Source: Daphnia carinata (Eukaryota). Taken from it: 64,000 bases of DNA. Position 1 is the first letter of the stretch. Each line of letters starts with the position of its first letter. The stretch spans positions 3,162,001 to 3,226,000 of the forward strand of contig NC_081331.1 of NCBI RefSeq assembly GCF_022539665.2, given 5' to 3'. Below, piece by piece: positions 13,149 through 27,400 of this stretch. A program made the translations under genes and the position numbers. Below the pieces are notes generated by a model. That model searched no databases, was not told the origin of the DNA, and saw nothing but the letters and a program-made list of their open reading frames with translations.

Positions 13149-16100
13149 AATCGCAGAAGCATCGAGGAGAGCGTGCTCCAACACAAAGCGTCAAGTGCTA
13201 GACAGATCTGTGTTCTCAGTGGAAACAAATGGATCGAACGAATGCACTTTGACATGTCGCTTACTCATGCCTCATCTCCATTTCTCCGCAATTCTCACCA
13301 TTGTTTGGCGAATTCACGATCGACTTTGCCGGGTTCTTTTTTGGTTTGTGGATTTTTTTAAGCCGGGGGGGTTCTTTCACTATCGTGAAATCTTACGTTC
13401 CAAGGTTTCGTTCTCATCGTCAGTACTGACGTTCACTATTTATTTATTTATCCAATTTTGTGTGTTTGCGTGAATGCGTGTGCGGCATTGTTTTCGATGA
13501 TCCTTTTTTTTATGTCCATTGCTAATTCATTTGCCAATTGCGCATTCTCGGGCATAGGGTTTTTTGGGGATTATTATTGGACACTGGTTGCTTTTTGTCC
13601 ACCGGTATTTGTTACGGTGAATAATTTGTTTTCATTTTTTTTTTATATCGACATTGCTAGGGTCATTAACTCTCTACGTCGTTAGTCAGACTTCTACTAA
13701 TGGTCTATTGTTATAAGAATTTTCGTGGAAATCATTTCCATTTGGGCAAAAAGAAAATTCATGTTTCATTTCGTTACTTTTTCATATGAAAAATAGGTTG
13801 ATCGTTCCGAAACTGTAAAGGCATAACAGGATGAAAACACTTCATCGAATTGATTCTTCTACATTAGGAAGCAAAACCAATCCAAATGTCAGAGTTAGGC
13901 AAAAATGCTGAAATTATCGTGTCGTTAAACATTTAAAAAACCCTTCCGATGATGATCTATCATGAAAAATGTTCGATTGGACAATCTTTTTCTCGAGAGA
14001 GATGTGGTAGCGTGAACGGACGTAGCCATCCACAACCAGACTTAGAGACTGCCGTGGGCAAGAAAAGAAAAATACCATTGCATTGTTCTCTTCTTTGTTC
14101 TCCATCTAATACTAAAAGTAGTTTAGAACTTAGATAAAGGGTAATTTATAACTTGGAAGAAGACGAGTTTGTTTTTTTTTGTCACTCTTGCACGATCCGT
14201 CAAGCACTTGGTGACGCGGCCCCGGCAACAGGATACATCTGCATTCGTCGGTACGCTAGGGAAACGCAATTTTCAAATTTAAAAAATTACATAAAATTAA
14301 TAGCAGTTAACACATAAGAAAAAAAAAAAATTGTGTTTCACACTATTAGAATCGTTGTTTTTCTTTCCAGAAGGAAATACTCACTCCCCCCAGTCCTACC
14401 ATCCCCAAAACACATAATGTAGTCATGTACAAACAAGAATTCACTTTCTCCGAGTCATTTCATTTCTTTCTTCAGATGTTAATGCGTGTTTTTTTCTCAA
14501 ATAATAATTTTCCTTAACCTTCATCGCCTGAAGGCACCTCATCGTCAAAACCAAAACACCTGATTCCAAGCATTTTGTTTGAAGCTTTTCCTTCTCTTGC
14601 CATGACGAGTTTGAATTAATTTGTTTTTAAGAAAGAAGAAAAAAAAACATCCATTCACCATTTTCAAACGTTATGTAGAACGACTTAATTAAATACAATG
14701 TAAAAAAAAATCTTCAATAGGAAAGATTTTTTTTTTTCCGAATCTGCTGATGACATCCATCGAGAAACTGTGAGCCTCCGCATCGTAAAATCCGATCGAA
14801 ACTGGCTATACCATCGGACTTGATTCTTACCATCTAATAGTGAGTATTACATTGTGGTATGTTATACATATTCAATATCAAACAATTTTGTTTAACCTGA
14901 TCTAACATTACTAGCAAATGGACTCGCATTTTTGGTAGTTATCCAGTTTTATGGCTGTCGTCTCCGGATGTTTATGGTCTCCCATTTTGCGTCTCTACCA
15001 AGTGTACAGAGCCAGAAACCTTTGCTTCCGGTATTCCAATTGGCTAATGCGAAAGTAACGATCCTATTTTCATGCGCAGTCACCAAAGCTGTTTGATTTC
15101 ATTAACTGTACGTCAACTTCTCACTAGTACGCTGTTGCCAACATCATTTTCAGTTAGAAATTTAACAAGACCATAACAACATCTCGCCATAAACCGAGAA
15201 TGAGGGCAAGTGGAGCCAAGAAAATTCTTTCGTGCAGTTTTCTCGGTTTTGCTGCTACATAAATTTTTAGTGGAATATTATTTAGCTAACATGATCGTCC
15301 TGTCGTATAGTAATCAATCATTTAGGCAGTAAACATCCAGTATATGGCCTAATGCAATTGCTGGAGTGTCAAAGTTATTCCTTTGGTACGAAAACTTATT
15401 TAAAGTCTTTGCACACAAAAAACGGGAGTATTAGAAGATGGATGGCTAAAATGGAAAGTGTCAAACCGGGACTCCAGCGTGCAATTTCAGGAGGCTGTCG
15501 CAAATAGCTGACGTCAGTGTACATTGCACTATCAGACAGAGATGCAAGTTTCCAGGCTACAGAAAACACTCCAGCAAAGTACGTAGAAGTTCAGGTGTAC
15601 GTATGTATCTACTTACAATATAATTCTGTTTTTGCTACATCTGGGTACCACTATGGTATGGAATGTTTTTTATGGCATGCAACTTCAATGGGTTTTGAGA
15701 TATGCAAAGCGAATAGTTGCGTTTTTCTGTTCTCATTTCTTTCGGGATATGTCGCAGAAAGAAATACTAACTTTTTGGGGCTCTCACAGTAGGAGATTGA
15801 TGTCCTCCGTATCGCACTGTCGCCATGTAGTGCACGACACGCAGAAGAAAATCGAAAATAAACCCGGCCGAAAGCAGCGTGACACGCTAGCCTTTCGTGT
15901 TTTGTTCGATTTTCTTTACTCTCTGGGACTTGTCCAAAAAGCAAGTGACCATGGCACTGCGAATAAGTTGCACGCGACAGTGGCAAGGTCCATTTCCTTT
16001 CAGACGACCAGTTGGGTTGCCAATAGCTGATACGGAGCTAATAAAGAATGACGGCCCCGTGTTTGACTGTTGTGTCGCTTGTTTGGTCACGCGCTGTTGC

Positions 16101-19100
16101 GAACAGTGCGATATCAGACTGGACTGCTGTCTGCCGCTAAAATGCGTATTACACACATTGACGACCGTGGTCGCATTATCAATGGCTGTCCATTTGCCTT
16201 TGACGACTGACAGTCGATACAGTGTAAAACCAGTCTACTAGACGGACAGCGATAACTTTGTACATAAAGCCGGTACATTTTCCCTGCGAAATAAAACTGT
16301 AAGGTTAATGCTAGAAGGCAACATAAACGTCGGTTCGTATGGGGACAGTTTTATCCATTTGAATACCCATGCGCAATGAAACAGCCGGAATCAATTCTGC
16401 GTGATTCGTGTCCTTTAAAAGAAATGCCTTTACAAGGGACTACAAAGAAAGAGAACAAAAAAGGTTCAGCTAATGTAACAGTGACATATCATGCTATTTT
16501 TGTGTTGTACAGAAAGAACAATTTGTCTAATGGGGAAGCATAAACTACTTCCATGGTTGGTGCGTCATATTGTAAGTAATGGGACGATCCATAGGTGTCT
16601 AGTGATATAGTCTGAAATGATGAACATTCTAGGTGTGTTTAATCAGAAGCCTACGTGACTAGATACACAACTGTTAACATCAATTTTTTATTTGTATGAG
16701 CCATTAGTAAATCGGTGGCAATATACTGGAATGACACTTGTACGATAACGTTATTTCCATTCCTTTTTTTCTGATTGCAATACAAATGAGTAGTCAAGAA
16801 CTAATTCCTCGCGTGCCTTTGAACTTAATCAGTTACATCAGATCGTAACTTGAACCCCGCGCCCAACGAGTAGAGTTGTTTTACGATTTGCTTCGTTTTC
16901 GTTATTAGTCATATGCAATTAGCCATTATCACTTGTAGCGAATAAAGTAAGCTTAAACGTATTCATATCTTACTTGCTTTTATAGCTTAATCATCTAGTC
17001 GATTGTTCCTAATTTTCTTGAATAACTACACTTTTTTGGACTGAATTTTCGTCCATTCATTGACAGCTTATAATGCTCTACAGTACGAGGGCTTGGCGTG
17101 GGAATTGAACGGGTGTTTAAGCCGTCCAGTAGTCGAATTCAAATAAGATTGCATCAAAAGCTCCGTCAGATCGAACGTGATGAAGCCGCCGGCCATGAAC
17201 ATTAGCAGACTAGAATTGTCGAAGCAGACGATGCACTTTCGTTACTAAACTCCTGCCAGCCAGTAATTTCGCTGGAGTGTATGAAATTTGAATAACTCTT
17301 AGCATCTACTGGTCACTGACACTTCCAGGAAACATATTAATCCATGTTCTCTTAGCTGAAAATCTGTGATGTGCATTGTTTGGTACTACTGTTTCTGGAA
17401 AATACCACAGAATCCCTTCCCCTGTGAGACTAGCACTGTGAGTATCTGCCACCTGACGGAACTTTATTGAAACCTCATTTATCTCCAAGACAAAAAAAAA
17501 AGCATTCCACCGCAGCGGTTTGAAAGTGCGAGATGTACGGTGGGAAAATGAACTTTTACAACCGACGTTTTGTTCTCTCTTTGTGTGTGCTCAACTTTTG
17601 TAATGAAACCTTGTGGTCATTTTACCCGGGTGGAAAACTCTTTGGGCCAAAGCCAAATCCCGTGTCGGTGATGCGACAGTTACGTTCCAGACACCGTCAC
17701 ACCAGTGCTATTCAAGAATGGACCAAAAAGTCCCCACCAAATCAATCACAGGTAAGCGAACATTCTATTCAACTTATTTATCTGACTTTTTGGGTAATAT
17801 AGTCGTAAATTTGTCAAATGAAGTGTGATACATTGCCGACCTCGTGTTCAATCACTTGTCGAATCATGTAGGCCGCCATTGTTGTCCAAATGACTTGCGT
17901 TTCCCAACTTTTAGTTTCTATGTAAAGGACATTGTTGTCGTCGATGTTTTCTTTACGATTTCCGAAGACTATCGAGAGTTTATCTAAATGTAATTTAAAA
18001 TTATCAGGCAAATTTTCAGAAATAATTTTGGTTCTTTTTGTAAAAAAACTAAAAAGCTTCAAGGTTAAGTCACTCCCTTCTCCTTTGCCCTGCCTCCCCC
18101 CACCTCCATTATGTGCTGGCGTAATGGCGCCGAATCACTTAGATCTGTTGCGAGATTCCATTTATATAATTCTGTATTCTACTAGTAATTATAAAACAGT
18201 AACTGAAATTGGGCGTGTTCTTTATTGTTGCTCTGCTCTCGACTTTGGTGATCATTAATTATGTCGACGTGCTTGTTCAAATGGGGAAAAGAGCTTTACG
18301 ACAGAAACATTGACAAACTTTTGTTTGATTTTTTGGCATTTTCCATTGCATTGGTGATAGTCTGGAACGTCAAGCTCGTTAAATCCATGACTGTTCATCT
18401 TATATAGTCATGAGCTAAAAAATCTTTAGGCCGTCTAAATTTGCTCGATTGTTATATCGAATAATGCACGTTACATCTGCTTTTAATCTTTCCAAAATGA
18501 ACCCACATACCGTTGTAAACACGCGTCTTTAATTTACGGGCATAGAAGAATTTTCTTTCTTATTGCTTTTCTAAATGCATATTTCTCTACATAGATTGAA
18601 CTCGAAACCCTGTAACCTCTCCATTCGATTCGCTTTTATTTTCTAGCTGTCGGAGCTATAGTTTTTATCAGTGACGTTTCCTGCTGGTAGACGTACATCG
18701 CCCCAACTGTCGGATTCTATTTCCGCCGAGACATTAGGTTGTCAGTAACAAAAATTCCATCAGTTCGACTTAAACATTTTGCGGTTACGCTAGTCAACAG
18801 AGAACTAGGATTTCCAATTTTGTAACAATAGTTGCTGTTTTCGGATAAATTTGATAAAGGCTATCTCCAGTATCCTTTTTTTTATGAGATACAGTGCCCA
18901 GCAATATGAAAATTGAGCAACTCTAACTTTTTTTTACAACCAGCAAAGGTGGGTTTTGGGGCAAACTTGTCACAACATCAACGTGCTAAGGCCCGTGAAA
19001 TGGAATTGAACAACGAATAAGACTAGGGACATTTAAAAAGGGCCTACACAAAAACGTATTTAGTACGTAGCGGTCAGAACATCAAGTGGATTCCTGCATA

Positions 19101-22100
19101 AGACAATGGACGGTTTTTTTGCTTTCCAATGACGTGCTGCACGTGGCCTTAAAAACCAAAAAATAGGGAAATAGTCTTTTTGGCACTGCTTTGCATTATC
19201 GTTGTCGGAGCCTCTTGAACATTGCCGCATCTTGAAGCCTGATTCTTTTTACTGGTCCAATAATATTCAGCCCGCCAAATTAGATAGGCAAATAAGATAG
19301 TCCATACTTGTCTTCATCCATTGTGTTCCTATTTCTTTTCTCGTTCCTCTCCTGAGAAAAGAAAAAAAAAAGTCAGAACAAAAGGCGGGATTTTGTGAGC
19401 ATATATCTTTCTCCTTTTGCGTGTGTGTGTGTGTTTGTCGTGAACTCTTCTGGATGGTACAGGTCTAATGTATTTTCTAGATGCTGACGGCAATAGATAA
19501 GGCAATGTCAGCAGAATTGGGGAACAGTGTCGTCTAGGATCAAGAGATCATTATTACTAGACTGGGCTTGTTATTCGTTCTCTTATTCTCCCATTCCTTT
19601 TACCAATTTTTTCTACGAATCTGTTTTTTTTTTTTTCTGAAAGGGTTTCTCGTTTAGTTTCTGCGCAGAGTTTTCATCATTCCGTTTGTTTTTGTTTGTT
19701 TCGGGCATCAGTGCAAAAAATTAGGATGCGAAAGTGCGTCTCTTCTTGACGTTGACGCAATGATAAAGTTTTAAAAGAAAATCCACGTTCTTTCTTGTTT
19801 TTCGCATTCATATCGTTCTGATGAGGATTAGACCTTAGACGGCACCCGATCCCACTTTCGGTCGTAATCCGCTAGACTTTGCAGACTTTTTTTTCCCCTT
19901 TTCTCCGCACACGCTCGTCAGACAGTCTTAAATGAAATGAATATGGAGACAACAAAGAAGAGGCCGAATTTCATTATGCGTCTTGTTCTATGCTGCTGTC
20001 GTCACGGTGCATATCTCATTCGTACCGACTAATCATCTCCACATAAAGCGGGCAGTCCATCTCTAAGAGATTGGTTGTACAATTCGATCGTTCCACAGGT
20101 ACGAACTCCAAAAACGATAGAAAAATCGAACTGTTGCAGATATTCTTTTTTGTTCTTACTAGGAACGAGTCCACTTGAAATTTGGGGTTGCTAGTTGATG
20201 TTTGCAAAGTTATCATTCTTTTGATTTTGACACACTTCAGTGCAGTCTGCGAAATTCTTTATGTTCTACGGCCTTTACCGTTTCCTTTATCTTCTACCGT
20301 GTTTGGTAAAACTTTTTGCCACCACCGTTTTTTATTAACTGGTGACGCACTGAAGTTGCAAAGACGATAGAAAAAGGCAAAGAATAGTAAATATGATTTT
20401 CGGGATTTCTTGAACTAGAGAGAGGAAAGACAACTCTTCTTTTTGTATTCTCCTATTTATTTACACATCGAGTTGGCTGCAACATATTGCGCCTATGATT
20501 CACTTCACGCCATTGCTTTCGTTTTTTTTTACTTTTCTCGCAAAAATGTGTCGAACTTCAACGAACTTCAAGCAACGATTATTTATTGCGTATGTCTTTG
20601 TATTCGAGCTTCCAGTCCACCTTCTCCTCCATTCCAACTTATTCAAGGCGAGAATTTAATATCGCGTTTCTCCTTAAATTCAGAATGGCAAGATAACAAA
20701 AAAGGCGTACCGTGTCGATTTTTCAACATCTGTTTATGATCCGACAAAAATCGCAGTCATTTCTGAATTTTTCGAGTTATTGTTTTGTTATTCTTTGCCG
20801 GATTAAATGTACGAAGGCTTCTCTTCAACGTCGAAGAGTGTGGGTATAGAAGCTATTGGAAAAATCCTCCCATGACCTGGGCTTTTTAGGGGACACGTTT
20901 GCGTTAATGATCTATTTCGCTTGTATCTAACGTAAAGCCCTCACGGTGAAAATGTTCGCAATAAATATTTTCTTTTCCTCGGTTGAAGTTTGGGAGATGT
21001 AAAATACGCCTCCCCCGAGTGGCTCATTATTTCTCTTGTTGTACATTCGAGTTTATTCCACTTGCCGCGTTTCGCGTCTTTATGAAACACAATGCATAAT
21101 TGGCCATCTCTTTTTTTTTCAAACTTGAAATACTATACTTTTATTTTAAGTCGATTATTCTAGTAGATGTACGAACGATTTCCAATTTTCCTGTATGTGG
21201 TTTTCGTCTATTGCCGAACATTCGATTCACAACTTGTGCATCGTGTACGCTCACGTTTGTCGTTATTCTCGATCGATTGAACAACCATAGAGCTCCTCCT
21301 TTAGTCCTTACTTCTTGAACGGGTGAAGGAGAAAAAAAAAAAAGATTTTGAATTGAATGCGGTGCGGATAGTGTCAATTCTTGCTTAGAAAGCCCGTCGG
21401 AAATTTGCATACTACTATTTTCCTCGACATTAATAACCCTTCGAGACCAGACTCAGATATTACGGTGCAATGATTTTGTTCGATCCATTCTGTTGTTGAA
21501 TGGATTACACGTTCGCCCTAAGGACTATATCCCTTTCCACGTGGAGACCCTTCTTTATTTTTTTTTTCTTCGTCACGCCCTTAATGTTCCAGGAATGAAA
21601 AATCGTTTTTAAAACAAGTCATTCTCAGTTGCCCAATTCACTAGTAAAGGCTTTGTCTTTTTCTTTGGGGGATTCAACTATTACCATTTCCATATATCAC
21701 GATGGGTGCGTGTGAAACTCCACCACCATTGATATTCCTTTTTAAAAAATATTGAACGAAAAGCAAAAGTTAATTTCAGTAACATAAAAGAGCAAGACAA
21801 CAGTCTGTGGATGATAGTACGATCTATAGTAGGATGAAGGCCATTGGAGTGAATGCCAAATGGCTAAAGTGTATGCGTTCGTGCTGGTGGGTCGGTTCCA
21901 GGAGTTAAAAGACGTTACCATATCGCGTAAGAGAAAGTATGCTCATGGCAGACAACGATGGCAACCGCAATCTGTTTATCGGGCAATTTCATACTGGTTA
22001 GAAAATAGCTGCTTTTGCTCTGTTGACTTGTTTATTCACGGATGTGATTGACGATAAGTTTGTTGACTCAAAATCTAAACTTAAACAATTTTTGAATGAT

Positions 22101-24415
22101 TCAACAGCTATAGGCAGTGCGCCAAGTTTCAGCCATCTGGATCCTGCTCGTCCTCATCCGGTCGCTGTGGTCAAGTTTCATCGCACAAGATAGGATCTCT
22201 CAACTGGCCATGACGTTCAGGTTAGTGAGCATTTTTAAATTGATCCTATCTCTTGAGAAAAATTTGGCGTTGGGATTATTTTGAGCCAAATCGATCGTTT
22301 TATTGACTTCTTTTCGCATTACGGCTCGCTATAACTGAAAAGTGGACTTCCCTTAAGTTTAATGGTTGCTTAAAACGTCTTCAAAAGCGAAATTTGGGAA
22401 AGAACGGACATTTTTTTTTCCCCGTAACATACTCGGGTTTTGTTGTTGAAGTACTAGTCACGTCTCGCCATCGTTCAGGATCTAGGGTAGGCTATTGAAC
22501 AAACATACGGCTAAAGCTCATTTCCATCATTCGAGGCACTAGACTTTATTTCTCAACTGTCTCCTTTTCTAACGTCGCACGGCTTAAGGGTCAAATTTAA
22601 CTCGAGGCTGAAAAGTAGGCTCTACAAGAACTCTTGGTCAACATTGAGATCGTCGTTGACGTCAATTTTCTGTTTGATCGGCTAAGCACAAATAAAAAGG
22701 TCCAACAAAACAGAGCAACATTCGAAACAGAATCTAGAGAGCTCAACTATACGAGCCGGGTAAAAGGAGGTTACATAAGTCAAACATCACGTAAGTGCCG
22801 GGGGAGCCAACCGTCTCAGTCAGACACACGCAAGGTCGGCCAACAAGATTGAAAGCGCCAAACGAAGTGGCCGGACGTGACGTTAAGAATTTTTTTTTCC
22901 TTCGCCATCGGAGAGACGGTCATTGATGTTGTTTTACGGCCGTGTGAGGCTTATAGGACCAGTTTGATCGCGTGAACCTGTGTTACAAATACTGGCTTCG
23001 CACGAACGCGTGATGTTTTCAAATTTCGCGGTTCAGCCATCTCATCGTTCGAGTTGGTTAAACTTTCCCCTATTTATCTCTGCAAAATCAATTTCTTGTT
23101 ACGTTGTCCCAGTCGCTTTTTTTTAACTCCCCCGTGGCAATTGACACGTAACGGTTCAATACTTTAGTTACATCCGACAACGGTATTCCATTTGGTGTAT
23201 GCACAAGCAATCTCAAGTACCGACGTCGCCATGGCAACCATTTTTGACGTATACTTGGATAATGCTACTGTTTATTGCCAACGCACTTTTCTCTTCTTTT
23301 CGGAACTTAGTCACGCCTCTTTTGTTATTATTATATTTTAAAGTCTACAACTTGATCGAACAATCTAAAAACATCGCCCCCGTTTTATTGATTGAACGTG
23401 CTGGGCGCAGCTCTTGTCAAATATGACTGAAGCGACTGAGATTGAAAATGTCGTTTTCTTTTTTTTTAATCTCACATTCATGCAAGCATTGGAAAACGAG
23501 AATGAAGGTAACATTTGTTGATAGTAGAATAATGATAACGTGATACGATCACATCAAGCCAATCAGTGTGTAAGTGCAGCTATACACGAGATCTGTCGGA
23601 ATTTGATTTTGTTTTTTCCTTTGACGTTCACTCACGTTTACCGTCTGAATTTGTTCCTCTGTTCTGTGTCATTGCGTTTTTAAAGGATTGTTTTTTTTTC
23701 ACCGTTTCATCGCGTGTCTTTGATCCATTTCCCTACATTTTTTTTCAGCCGAACAATTTTGAATCGCTATTTCCAACATATGAAAACGATGCGTACGTTA
23801 TTCAATTGATCTTGACGAGTGTCAAGAATAGAAAGAATGCCATGAACAATCTAGTATGTCAGGCCCGAGGAATGTCGCTATGGTGTGGTAAAAACACCGA
23901 CTCTGCTGATCATTCCTTCCGTCTTGTTACGCCAACAGGCGTGTGTTTACAACCTAACGTCCATTGCAAGTGCAATTGCATCCTCGCAATTTTCATCCAA
24001 CCAATTCGAATTTTTGTTCGCGTCCGTTATTTCCCGCGATGTCTTGCATTGGTAACGTGACACTATTTTCTTGCGCATGTTTTTTTTTCTGAATTATTTA
24101 ATCTTCCACGCTGTTGTTCATAAAATATCAACTATGTTGTAATGGTCTCGTTACAACATGTTTTATTCTTGTCGTGACACACTTCTTTTCGTGACAGCAA
24201 AATCGAAACGAACAAATGAACCATCGGCTTTTTTTTGGGGGGGGGGGATCATCTTGAACAGCTGTCACGATCACGACTTTTCACAGCGTGGTATATACCG
24301 CGGTGGGGTACTTGATTAGTCGAGAGCCATCAACTCCCGGCCCGCAACAGAATCAATTTTGTGGTGATTGAATTTCGGAGTGAAATTGATGAAACGATCG
24401 ATAGCGCCATTCCTC

Positions 24416-24447
<32 letters not shown>

Positions 24448-27400
24448 GTAACATCATCGATATCGATTTGACTTCAAACGATGAAATTTCCTCAACCAAT
24501 TTTTATGGAATAGCATTTCCAACAGCCATGAAAATGAACGAGTTCTTGTTAAATGCGGAGAGTGACTTAATTTCCTGAGTGTCGAGGTGAGCCAGTTTAT
24601 TTTTATCTTCTTTTTTTTAATTAGGCCCCAAAGTTGTCACTTTTTTGCGAAGAAAAGTCAAATACTTAAGCAGGTTGAAAACGAAGAGCCTCAATCGACT
24701 GGCATTATGTTTAAAGAAAAAGCTTTTTTCATTTATCATCTCGATGCCCGTTCGGTCTAATATGTAGTTATACCAAATGAAGTCTGCGAGCTTGATCAGA
24801 TTTCCCCTGTGTGCATGCAATCCAGTGCGTGCCTATATAAATCGTTTGACAAAAAAAAGAATGGCAAGACCTTGCTGATATGGGATCTTGTCGGTTAATA
24901 TGAAAGGCACTATTATCTTTTCATCTGCCAGCTGCCGCACAGCTGTTCTCTGATCTCATTCACTGCGTCAACATCAGCACCAAACCCTTTTAACGATGGT
25001 CCCTCATCTTTGCATCTTTTTTTTGCGTGTTTTAAATGACAAATTTAACAAGATTGTAACAAAGTAAACTTGAATACTATCGTGACATCTTGAAGCTTAA
25101 AAGCTACCTCGTTCATATTTACATTTTCCCTTGTTGCCAAATTCTTATTAGCGAAGAAAATCCCCCGTCTCAGACTTGATCAATGTACAAAAGATTACAC
25201 AAAGTTAGACAAGTAACGAGCAAGTACAATCGCCACCTAACCTTCCCCTTTGTCTGTAATCGAAAAGCGAGCGAATGTGGGTCAATAACTACAGTACAAA
25301 GGGAGGCAAATTCAAACATTTTCCGAGCGCAAATCGATTATAGTGAGAAACAAATAAGAAAGCCAGTGCGCATGAAAAGGCAGCTTCTGACAGCAAATAC
25401 AGCGCCCGCAAACGTAACAGAAGCCCAGGTAGACTGCAAAATAGCACGATTGGACGGAACTTTTATGATGTCTGCGAACGGCTGTCCTCCCTGTATATTA
25501 AATACCGTTCTGGTGTAGCCTGAACGGTATTATGCACACTTGCGCATCAAAGTGAATAGTTGAATCGCTGCTCCTGCTGCTGCTTTCCCGTCGCCATAAC
25601 TTATAAGTGCGTAGAAAGCGGCAGCAATAACTTTGGTCTGCTTGTTGTGAATGCTTATAGATCAATGCCACCAATCATCGCGCTGCCTTACAACACGCGA
25701 CGACCGTTCCAGGCAAGAATATAAAGTTTGCTTTCTTTTTTGTAGGTAAACGTCTTTGTCGTGGCAATAACATCGCGCTTTTTTGTACACAAATTTTTGT
25801 TTTGTTTTTCCTTTAAATGAGGTCGACCCATAGTTGTAATAAAGAGTTCCGCACGCAACCGCAATGCCCGCGCTCGTTCATTTGTCGTTAAAAAGAACTT
25901 TTTAAAACCATCATTTAGGCTGGCATTAGCCCAATGATTGCCCATGTTTGGCTACATCTTTTCTCTTGTTTCTTTCTTTTTAATTGCGTACTATATAGTC
26001 AGTAATAAAGTCGTATTTGTACTTTTTTCTGCCTGCAAAGTAGAAACATTTCATGCGTGCACGTAGCTACCTACAGTTCTTGCTAATCCTTGGTGGGTAA
26101 TGCTCTTTGAGTTAGTAGATATGGATGTAACGAATTCTAATTCGTATTGCTTTTGTTTGTTGTGACGAAAAGACGATAGCATTTGGTCGAGCGTGTGCGT
26201 ATTAATAAATTGCTGTATCATAAATCGAAAGGCAACCATCCGGCACAATCGATTGTCTACGGTTGCACGATTTTGATAACATCGTCTGCTTTTGGCCATC
26301 GTTTGGTGTGCCTATTGTGCTGTAAATTGAAATTTTGCCTGTACGTTTGCGGGCTGTTTTTTTTAAGATGCAGCGTAAATTTTCGTTTTAATTCGCGGTG
26401 TTTCTTTTGTTTTACTTGTGATTCTCAAGTATAGACGGGATCCCGCAAAAAATCTGATCGAATTTGTTTTTGCGTTGGTACGTTCTTATTTTGTTTTCAG
26501 TGTGGATTTTGTCCAGTAGTGATGGAAATGTTTGAGGGCGCCAAATTGGTCCTTGCTTTTTAACTTAATTCAGTTTGGCATTAGCCGTCAATTTGATCAA
26601 AAGGCCAGCGGCGGGTTCGTTAAATAAAAACAAAAAGGGGCCTGCCGTCGCGAATGAATTGGTAGGCCACTCTGCCAACTTGCATTATGCCACCTCGTCA
26701 GCCGGTGAAAGAGCTGAAACAGTGTGCGTCTTTGCTTGTCGAGCTTTTTTAATTAGTCTTTTGACTTTTCACGAGTTGCCCTTGTTTTTTTATTTCGCGC
26801 TGCTACGTGGCACTCCTAATTCACTATGCACGTTAATTACTAGTTTAGGTTTTTTCCAACGCTTGGATTTTCCTCTACGCAGCGAAAGGAGATACCAAAT
26901 TTCTGTAGGCCCCTTTTTCTTGATTAACTTCAATGGAATTTTATTAGACAAAGCGCCATTTTGATTGAACGAAAGATAGCTCGTCCAGCAAATAAAATCT
27001 TGCACGGAAAGCGGAAATATTTTTTGTTGCCTCCTACAACAGGCGTTCTCTGTAGCACAAGTAAAAAAAAATCTAATGATCTCTTGGTCGTTTTACTTTT
27101 CGTTGATGTTTTTATTTTTAAAGTAAAAATAAAATAAAAAATAAATAAAAAATATTAAAAATTTTTAATTTAGTCGACAATTTCAAAACAAAAGTAAAAA
27201 TAACATACGGCGCATTTCATTTTTTTTTAAATATTTATATTTGTTGTTGCCGAATGTCGGGGACGAAGGGTGTGGTTAAGAGGCTTCACTGTATCAGATT
27301 ATTTTGCACGTTTCAAATCAACACGACGCATCATGTGTTATTCTATGCTTTAACACACAGGAACAAGATTTTTATCTTCTGCGTTGACGTAATCCGGCTT

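Noticed and set aside
14841..14875. TGAGTATTACAT, identical to the first 12 nt of miR-12
   Set aside because: The 3' half diverges and only a ~7-bp stem forms; no pre-miRNA hairpin.
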